Assembly (NCBI GenBank): GCA_919902495.1
Contig: CAKKRC010000012.1
Span: 4,714-68,713, forward strand
Origin: Nitrospiria bacterium
GTDB lineage: Bacteria > Nitrospirota > UBA9217
DNA length: 64,000 nt
Direction of reading: 5' to 3'
Positions 57,774 through 64,000 of this stretch are shown piece after piece (within the stretch, counting starts at the first letter, position 1; each line of letters begins with the position of its first letter). A program made the translations under genes and the position numbers. Below the pieces are notes generated by a model, which saw only the letters and a list, made by a program, of their open reading frames with translations, ran no database searches and was not told where the DNA came from.

Positions 57774-58073
57774 TCATTCCTCTTTTTTCAGCGAAGACAG
57801 GTACTCTTCCCATTCGGTGGGAAGAGAATATTTTTTCTTTGAGTTGCAGTCCTTGCAGGCGGGGACCACGTTGCCTGCGACGGACTTCCCTCCGCGCACG
57901 ACCGGAATGAGGTGGTCCATGGTGAGCTCGTCGGCCTTGAATTTTCCCCCGCAGTAATAACAGATCCCCGTCGACCGCTTGCGCTTCCACCACTGGGAGT
58001 TCCTGAGCTCCCGCGCCCGGGATTTTTCCCGCCTGATGTGTTCTTCGTCCGCTGATATGAAATGATCGGGCAT
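57774..58073 (-). CDS. Small HNH endonuclease
   Basis: CYYCG, LTMDH.IP..RGG.S...N.V.AC..CN. Confidence 0.92.
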   Translation of the reverse strand: MPDHFISADEEHIRREKSRARELRNSQWWKRKRSTGICYYCGGKFKADELTMDHLIPVVRGGKSVAGNVVPACKDCNSKKKYSLPTEWEEYLSSLKKEE

Positions 58074-58160
58074 GGGATTCGGCTCTTTCGTATTTTAGTT
58101 GAAATTACTTTATTGCCCTGTATCGACAAAGAACAGCGATTCCTCAATAAAAGACTATTT

Positions 58161-58329
58161 TCTCGCAAAGCCGCAAAGGCGCAAAGAAAGGATATCCCTC
58201 ATGAAAACAGTAAGTCGTAATAACAGAATGAAAAACAAGAACTTGGTTTAAGGTCTTCGCATCCAAATCAAGCCTTTCTCAGGCTGTTGTCGTTGTTTTT
58301 CTTTGCGTGCTTTGCGGCTTTGCGCGAGA
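58161..58329. repeat. Inverted repeat element (CGCAAAG family)
   Basis: tctcgcaaagccgcaaaggcgcaaagaaa ... tttctttgcgtgctttgcggctttgcgcgaga, with a ~110 bp AT-rich core. Confidence 0.82.
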
Positions 58330-58378
58330 CAGAAGTCCGTCGTTGCTTTTTCTAAATTTATTACAAATGAACCTTAAA

Positions 58379-58440
58379 TTCAGAAGTCAGGGGACGGATA
58401 ACAGAGGACTGATAACAGATCTAATCTATCATCTGGATTC
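58379..58440. repeat. Degenerate heptamer array (CAGA family)
   Basis: tcagaag tcagggg acggata acagagg actgata acagatc ... ctatcat ctggatt. Confidence 0.45.
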
Positions 58441-58538
58441 AAATTCTACCTATTTCTTCCGCCCTTGTCACGAACAATAACGGCCGATTCCCGGAAAGCC
58501 GCCCCACCCCGTAACACCTCAAAATATTAATATTTTTC

Positions 58539-58601
58539 TTGACATAGACCATGTGGATAGATATACTTTGCCAAAAGGTGGTATGAAGTGGGGAAGGGTG
58601 G
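58539..58601 (+). promoter_or_regulatory. dcw promoter with MraZ-binding boxes
   Basis: TTGACA-17nt-TATACT, then GTGG at 58578, 58588 and 58598 (10-bp period). Confidence 0.85.
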
Positions 58602-58615
58602 AGAAGGGGTCCTGA

Positions 58616-59050
58616 ATGTTCCGTGGCAGCTTCGAACATAGCGTAGATTCCAAGGGCAGGGTGAGCGTCCCCTCCCGCTTCCGCGAACTCCTTGCGGAGC
58701 GGTACGAGGGCAAACTTGTGCTGACCATGGACTTCGATAAATGCATCATGGTCTATCCGCTCGAAGAATGGGAGCGGGTCGAAGAAAAGATAAAGTCCCT
58801 TCCCCAATCGCAGAAGGAAGTGAAGGACTATACGCGGTTTGTCTTTTCCAACGCCACGGAATGCGAGCTCGACAAGCAGGGACGTATCCTGATCCCGCCT
58901 TCGCTCCGTGAGGGCGCGCGGATCAATAAAAGCGTCATGGTCGTTGGCATTCTGAACAAGATGGAGATCTGGGACAAAGGAGCTTGGGACACGCGAAAAT
59001 CACAGACCGGGGACAAGATCGGCGAGGTCTTGTCCACCCTGGGACTCTAG
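58616..59050 (+). CDS. mraZ: Division/cell wall cluster repressor MraZ
   Basis: MFRG...H..D.KGRV..P..FR, D.QGRILIP..LR, EIW. Confidence 0.97.
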   Translation: MFRGSFEHSVDSKGRVSVPSRFRELLAERYEGKLVLTMDFDKCIMVYPLEEWERVEEKIKSLPQSQKEVKDYTRFVFSNATECELDKQGRILIPPSLREGARINKSVMVVGILNKMEIWDKGAWDTRKSQTGDKIGEVLSTLGL

Positions 59051-59052
59051 CG

Positions 59053-59418
59053 ATGGACGGACAGCTAAAAATATATCTGATGAATCTCGAGGGCGAGATC
59101 GACGCCGCCAAGATCGCGGAGATCAACCGCGTCGTGGGCCAGTTGATCAAGGGCGAGATGTACGGCCTGATCCTGAATTTCGAGGCCGTAGAGCACGTCA
59201 ACTTCGCCGTCCTGCCGTCGCTGGTGGAAGAGAAGGGCCGGCTGCAGGCATTTGGCGGAGATATCCGGCTTGCCGGTCTTTCCGATTACCTCAAGAATAT
59301 TTTCAAGACCACTGGCGTTCTGGAGGCCTTTCAGGTGTATGACAGCGTTCAGCAGGCAGCCAAGAGCTTCGGCGTGTCGAAGGACAAGGTCGCGACGAAC
59401 CTGCCGCTGGGACTGTGA
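59053..59418 (+). CDS. STAS domain (anti-sigma-factor-antagonist-like) protein
   Basis: L.GEID, LILNF..V.H.N, GGDIRL..LS.Y...IF..TG, Y.S...A..SF. Confidence 0.85.
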   Translation: MDGQLKIYLMNLEGEIDAAKIAEINRVVGQLIKGEMYGLILNFEAVEHVNFAVLPSLVEEKGRLQAFGGDIRLAGLSDYLKNIFKTTGVLEAFQVYDSVQQAAKSFGVSKDKVATNLPLGL

Positions 59419-59419
59419 A

Positions 59420-59510
59420 CGGGAATTGCGGATCGCGGATTGCGGAATGCGGAATGAAAAAACAAAATCGCATCTGACAAATATTCCGGATCCTGCCTCC
59501 GATATTTCGC
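59420..59510. repeat. Inverted heptamer array (TGCGGAW family)
   Basis: cgggaat tgcggat cgcggat tgcggaa tgcggaa ... attccgg atcctgc ctccgat atttcgc. Confidence 0.75.
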
Positions 59511-59512
59511 GG

Positions 59513-60439
59513 GTGGAACATACGACCGTTCTCCTTCGCGAGGCCGTGGATTTTCTGGCGCCCCGGTCCGGCGGTGTGTACCTGGACGGCACGCTGGGCG
59601 GCGGAGGTCATGCAGAAGAGATCCTGAAACGGTCGGCGCCGGACGGCGTCCTGATCGGCCTGGACCAGGACGGGGCCGCCGTGGCCAGGTCCCGCGAACG
59701 GCTTGCGGGATACGGCGAACGGGCCGTCATTCGTCAGGAGAATTTCCGGGACGTCACCCGGGTCCTTGCGGATCTCGGGATCGATGCTCTTGATGGGGTA
59801 CTTCTGGACCTGGGACTGTCCTGGTTCCATCTCCGGGATCCTGAACGCGGTTTCAGCTTCCAGACGGAGGGGCCGCTGGACATGCGGATGAACGCGGACA
59901 GCTCGACAACGGCCGCGGACCTGGTGAACACCCTGCCGCGGCAGGAACTCGCCCGCATCCTCTTTCAGTACGGTGAAGAAAAAAGGGCGAATGCCATAGC
60001 GAAGGCAATAGAGCGGGCACGAGGCCGGGGGCCGATCACCAGCACGGTTCAACTCGCACAGATCGTTTCCAGTGTTTTTCCTCCCTACCCTCCCCGGCGG
60101 ATACATCCCGCCACGCTGACCTTCCAGGCACTGCGTATCGCCGTGAACGATGAAATGGACGCACTGCGCGAGGGACTGAGCGCGGCCGTCACCGTCCTGA
60201 GACCTCGCGGCCGCATCGCGATCATCTCATTTCATTCGCTCGAAGACCGCATCGTGAAGCAGGCCTATGTCGAGCATGCGAAGGGCTGCATCTGTCCGCC
60301 CCGGCTTCCGGTGTGCCGGTGTGAAAAGAAGGCCGATCTAACAATACTGACCCGCCGTCCGGTGATGGCATCGGAGGCCGAAGTTGCCGGCAATCCTGCA
60401 TCGCGCAGCGCGAAGCTCCGTGCGGCGGAGAAGGTGTGA
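59513..60439 (+). CDS. rsmH: 16S rRNA m4C1402 methyltransferase
   Basis: H..VLL.E, DGTLGGGGH, DLG.S, RGFSF...GPLDMRM, FQALRIAVN.E, ISFHSLEDR.VK, NP.SRSAKLR. GTG start assumed. Confidence 0.96.
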   Translation: MEHTTVLLREAVDFLAPRSGGVYLDGTLGGGGHAEEILKRSAPDGVLIGLDQDGAAVARSRERLAGYGERAVIRQENFRDVTRVLADLGIDALDGVLLDLGLSWFHLRDPERGFSFQTEGPLDMRMNADSSTTAADLVNTLPRQELARILFQYGEEKRANAIAKAIERARGRGPITSTVQLAQIVSSVFPPYPPRRIHPATLTFQALRIAVNDEMDALREGLSAAVTVLRPRGRIAIISFHSLEDRIVKQAYVEHAKGCICPPRLPVCRCEKKADLTILTRRPVMASEAEVAGNPASRSAKLRAAEKV

Positions 60440-60446
60440 TCAGACG

Positions 60447-60552
60447 AATTGAAAATTAGAAATTGGAAACTGCAGATTGAAAAATAATGAGGATAACACC
60501 GTTATGATCGTTTCACGTTTCAAGTTCCAATTCTCAATCTTCAATTTTCAAA
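60447..60552. repeat. Inverted heptamer array (AATTGAA family)
   Basis: aattgaa aattaga aattgga aactgca gattgaa ... tttcacg tttcaag ttccaat tctcaat cttcaat tttcaaa. Confidence 0.85.
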
Positions 60553-60568
60553 TAGAACAGTTATTCTC

Positions 60569-60928
60569 ATGAACACCCGTGCCGGACATATTGGATCGTT
60601 CCCCTTCGTCGGGAGCAGGGGCGGCAATCTGCGCCTGGTCCTGATCTTCGGCCTTATCGTCCTGGGCCTGATGGTGTACGTGGGCGGAAAGGTCCAGATC
60701 ATGCGGCTGGGGTACCAGATCGACGAACTGGAGAAGCAGAAGCGGGACCTGGAGCGCATGAACCGTTCCCTCCAGATCGAGGCCTCGAGCCTCTCGGCGC
60801 CCGGGCGGATCGAGGAGATCGCGGTCAAGCGGCTCGGGATGGTCCGGCCGGCAAAGGAAAACGTCGTGGTGGTGAAACGGAAGCAGGCTGTTGCGGCGCG
60901 AAATGACCGGCGCCCGGCCGCCCCGTAA
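60569..60928 (+). CDS. ftsL: Cell division protein FtsL
   Basis: Single TM, coiled coil, L.IE...L..P.RIE.IA...LGM..P. Position in dcw cluster. Confidence 0.92.
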   Translation: MNTRAGHIGSFPFVGSRGGNLRLVLIFGLIVLGLMVYVGGKVQIMRLGYQIDELEKQKRDLERMNRSLQIEASSLSAPGRIEEIAVKRLGMVRPAKENVVVVKRKQAVAARNDRRPAAP

Positions 60929-60938
60929 CGGATTAGGC

Positions 60939-61204
60939 AATGTCAATGTTCTATAAAAAACAAGAGCTGTTTTGCCGCAGAGGTCGCAGAGGAAGGCAAT
61001 TCTAAAATAACAGCAGAGTAAGTAATGGAATGCTGCTTAATTCCGAGATACTTCGGTTAACTGAAATTCATCTGATAATTGGACAAATGCCTTAGATTCA
61101 AATGACGAGGGTTCGTAGAAATCGTAGAGGGGGAAGAAGCGGAGAAAGAGGGTGCTGTGATTTAAGAAGTCCTCTGCGTCCTCTGCGGTGAAAGATTTGA
61201 CATT
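60939..61204. repeat. Inverted 9-mer element (CGCAGAGG family) with AT-rich core
   Basis: tttgccgcagaggtcgcagagga ... tcctctgcgtcctctgcggtgaaa. Outer IR aatgtcaa/ttgacatt. Confidence 0.8.
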
Positions 61205-61255
61205 ACAGTGGATGACCCAACGTAGTATGAAGAGGATGCCCGTGGATAGTACACG

Positions 61256-62989
61256 ATGAAAGAACGACGCGGACGGATAGTGGCGGTATTCATGCTGATG
61301 GGGGTGGGCTTCGCCCTCGTCGGCCTCCGGCTCGTCCAGCTGCAGATATTCGAACGGGGCGACCTGACGCGCCGCGCGGAGCGGCAGCAGGAGCGCCTCA
61401 TGAAGCTCGAGTCCAAGCGGGGTAACATCTTCGACCGGGCGGGCCGTGAGCTCGCCGTGAGCCTCGATGTCGAGTCCGTCTTCGGCATGCCGAACGAGGT
61501 CGAGAACCCCCGGTCCGTCGCCCGGGAGCTTGCCCGCATCCTGCGGGAGAACCCCGCAGATCTTGAGCGCAGGCTTGCCAGCGACCGCCGCTTCGTCTGG
61601 ATCAGCCGCAAAGTGGATCCGGCCAAAGCGGACCAGGTGCGGGACCTGGACCGTTCCGCCATCGGTCTGCAGGTGGAGTCCCGCAGGTTCTATCCGAAGA
61701 AGACCCTTGCAGGCACCGTGCTCGGTTTCACCAACGTCGATAACAAGGGCATCGAGGGCGTTGAGCTCTGGTACGACAAGATGCTCCGCGGTACGGACGG
61801 CTGGGTGCTGGCGGAGAAGGATGCCCGGGGCCGGACCGTGTTCCCCGGCGGACATGGGTTCCAGTACCAGCTGCCCCGGCCGGGCAAGGACGTGACCCTG
61901 ACCCTCGACGAGGTGATCCAGCACATCGCCGAGAAAGAACTGGACAAAGGGCTCGCGGAATCAAAGGCCCGCGGCGGTGTCTGCCTGGTCATGGATCCCA
62001 GGACCGGGGCGGTCCTCGCTCTCTCTGTCCGCTCCACCGTGCGCGGCCGCGCCGCGTTCAATCCCAACGAACCGAAGCAGTATCGTCCTGAGGAGTGGCG
62101 GAACCGGGCCGTGACCGACGCCTTCGAGCCGGGCTCCATCTTCAAGGCGTTCACGGCGGCCGCGGCGCTCGAGGAGAAGGTGGTCCATCCCCAGGAGCGG
62201 ATCGATTGCAGCGCCGGAAGCATTCAGGTCGCCGACCGCGTGATCAAGGACGCGCACCGCAGCGGCGTGCTCACCTTCACCGATGTGATCACCGAGTCGA
62301 GCAACGTGGGGACCATCAAGGTCGCCCAGCGGCTCGGCAAGGCCCGCTATTTTCAGTACATCACGGCCTTCGGGTTCGGCAGAAAGACCGGTGTGGATAT
62401 GCCCGGCGAGATCTCGGGACTGGTGAAGGATTATCGGTTGTGGTCAGGCGTCTCACTCGGCTCCATATCCATTGGCCAGGAGATCGGCGTGACGCCCATC
62501 CAGATGGCCGCCGCCTACAGCGCCATCGCCAACGGCGGGACGCTCATGAAGCCGTACCTGGTCTCGGAGGTGCGGGACCCGAACGGCAGCGAGGGAGCGA
62601 AGTTCGCGCCGATGATCGTCAACCGCGCGATATCGGAAGAGACGAGCAAAACGCTCAGGCGGATCCTGCAGAAGGTGGTGGAAACGGGAACCGGCCAGAA
62701 GGCCAAGCCGGCAAGCTACACCGCGGCGGGCAAGACAGGCACGGCGCAAAAGATCGACCAGCGGACGGGTCTGTACTCGAAGGAGGATTATGTGAGCTCC
62801 TTCGTGGGGTTCGTGCCGGCCGTCTCGCCGAAGCTGGTCATCGTGGTCATGGTGGACAGCCCGGTGGGTGCCGTATACGGGGGGAGCGTTGCGGCCCCCA
62901 TCTTCAAGTCCGTGGCGGAGTCGAGCCTGACCTATTTGCAGGTGCCGCCGGACGATCTGGGGGGCAGGATGCTCCTGGTGTCGCAATGA
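61256..62989 (+). CDS. ftsI: Peptidoglycan D,D-transpeptidase FtsI (PBP3)
   Basis: RG.IFDR.G, RRFYP, G.EG.E, EPGSIFK (SxxK), SSN, KTGTAQ. Confidence 0.96.
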   Translation: MKERRGRIVAVFMLMGVGFALVGLRLVQLQIFERGDLTRRAERQQERLMKLESKRGNIFDRAGRELAVSLDVESVFGMPNEVENPRSVARELARILRENPADLERRLASDRRFVWISRKVDPAKADQVRDLDRSAIGLQVESRRFYPKKTLAGTVLGFTNVDNKGIEGVELWYDKMLRGTDGWVLAEKDARGRTVFPGGHGFQYQLPRPGKDVTLTLDEVIQHIAEKELDKGLAESKARGGVCLVMDPRTGAVLALSVRSTVRGRAAFNPNEPKQYRPEEWRNRAVTDAFEPGSIFKAFTAAAALEEKVVHPQERIDCSAGSIQVADRVIKDAHRSGVLTFTDVITESSNVGTIKVAQRLGKARYFQYITAFGFGRKTGVDMPGEISGLVKDYRLWSGVSLGSISIGQEIGVTPIQMAAAYSAIANGGTLMKPYLVSEVRDPNGSEGAKFAPMIVNRAISEETSKTLRRILQKVVETGTGQKAKPASYTAAGKTGTAQKIDQRTGLYSKEDYVSSFVGFVPAVSPKLVIVVMVDSPVGAVYGGSVAAPIFKSVAESSLTYLQVPPDDLGGRMLLVSQ

Positions 62990-64000
62990 AGCTTGGAGAA
63001 CTGGTATCCGCGCTGACGGTCAACGGGCCAACCCCCGGGCCGTGGAGCCAGCGCGAGGTGACCGCCGTCGTCCAGGACTCGCGCCGGGCGGCGCCGGGTT
63101 CATTGTTCGTGGCCGTGCGAGGAGCTCACTCGGACGGCCATCGGTTTATTCCCCAGGCCGTCGGACAGGGCGCGGTCGCGGTGGTTGCCGAGGAAAAGGC
63201 CGTTGTCGAGACCGGTCCGGACACCCCGGTGATCCGCGTCCCCGACTCCCGCAAGGCGCTGGCGCGGCTTGCGGCAAAATTTTACGATTATCCATCGCGC
63301 CGGATCAAGCTCGTCGGCATCACCGGAACGAAGGGCAAGACCACGACGAGCTATCTTGTGAGATCCATCATCGAGGCGGCAGGGCACCGGGCGGGACTGA
63401 TCGGCACCATCGATTACCGGATCGGCGACCGGGTCTATCCGGCGCCGAACACCACGCCCGAATCACTGGACCTCCAGGCACTCTTTGCCGAGATGGCGGA
63501 GCAGGGGGCCCGGTACTGCGTCCTGGAGGTGTCGTCCCACGCGCTGGCACTGGGCAGGACCGATGAGTGCGTGTTCGAGGCGGCCGCGTTCACGAACCTC
63601 GCGCATGAACATCTGGACTTTCACCGGACGATGGACGAATATCTGGCGGCAAAGACGCTGCTCTTCTCGGGCCTGTCGCCGGACAAGACCGCGGTGGTGA
63701 ACGTCGACGATGCCGCGGCCGGCACGATCATCAAGCGAACAACGGCCCGGGTCATCACCTACGGCATCATGCATCACGCCGATGTCCGGCCTGCGGGAAC
63801 CATCGGGCACAGCATCAGCGGACTTTCCTTCACCGTGTCGACAGCCGCAGGCGAGATCGGCATCGCGTCGTCCCTCGTGGGACGGCACAATATCTACAAC
63901 ATCCTGGCCGCCGTCGGGCTTGGCGTTGCGCTCGGATGTTCCGGTGAAGCGATCGCCATGGGCATCAGGCAGATGCAGGCGGTCCCGGGCAGGATGGAAA
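62986..64000 (+). CDS. murE: UDP-N-acetylmuramoyl-L-alanyl-D-glutamate ligase MurE, 3'-truncated
   Basis: ATG at 62986 overlapping the ftsI stop. DSR, DGH.FI, GITGTKGKTTT, NTTPE, EVSSHAL, FTNL..EHLDFH, N.DD, VPGRME. Confidence 0.95.
   Translation, partial: MKLGELVSALTVNGPTPGPWSQREVTAVVQDSRRAAPGSLFVAVRGAHSDGHRFIPQAVGQGAVAVVAEEKAVVETGPDTPVIRVPDSRKALARLAAKFYDYPSRRIKLVGITGTKGKTTTSYLVRSIIEAAGHRAGLIGTIDYRIGDRVYPAPNTTPESLDLQALFAEMAEQGARYCVLEVSSHALALGRTDECVFEAAAFTNLAHEHLDFHRTMDEYLAAKTLLFSGLSPDKTAVVNVDDAAAGTIIKRTTARVITYGIMHHADVRPAGTIGHSISGLSFTVSTAAGEIGIASSLVGRHNIYNILAAVGLGVALGCSGEAIAMGIRQMQAVPGRME

Noticed and set aside
57774-58073. HNH gene as a mobile homing endonuclease or mobiliser of the repeat elements
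   Set aside because: It is a small stand-alone HNH with no intron/intein context, it is not enclosed by repeat arms, and its codon usage is host-like.

Overview
This 64 kb window comes from a high-GC, Gram-negative bacterial chromosome. Gene content suggests Nitrospirota or a Desulfobacterota/Myxococcota-like lineage; that is inference only. From left to right it holds: (1) a partial form IV RuBisCO-like gene, panE, dinG and assorted metabolic and signalling genes; (2) a ~25 kb cell-envelope locus (9.4-34.8 kb) in which a visibly lower-GC, 17-gene aryl-polyene (ape-like) type II PKS operon sits among CsgG/FlgT-like proteins, several lipoproteins, a DUF3015/DUF4105 pair and a small beta-barrel; (3) tRNA-Leu(CAG), bamD, a siroheme dehydrogenase/ferrochelatase, a DUF4388-J-TPR protein, pcnB and rsmE; (4) two toxin-antitoxin loci, each with an extra orphan antitoxin; (5) rpiB-glyA-dCMP deaminase-nrdR-priA, smpB, trpB2, crp and csp; and (6) the start of the dcw cluster (mraZ-STAS-rsmH-ftsL-ftsI-murE). 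The most striking unexplained signal is non-coding. More than a dozen intergenic elements are built from degenerate 7-10 nt tandem repeats arranged as two inverted arms, some with nested mini-hairpins. They sit at gene junctions of conserved operons and are absent from the low-GC island. No CRISPR array, integrase, transposase or rRNA was seen.
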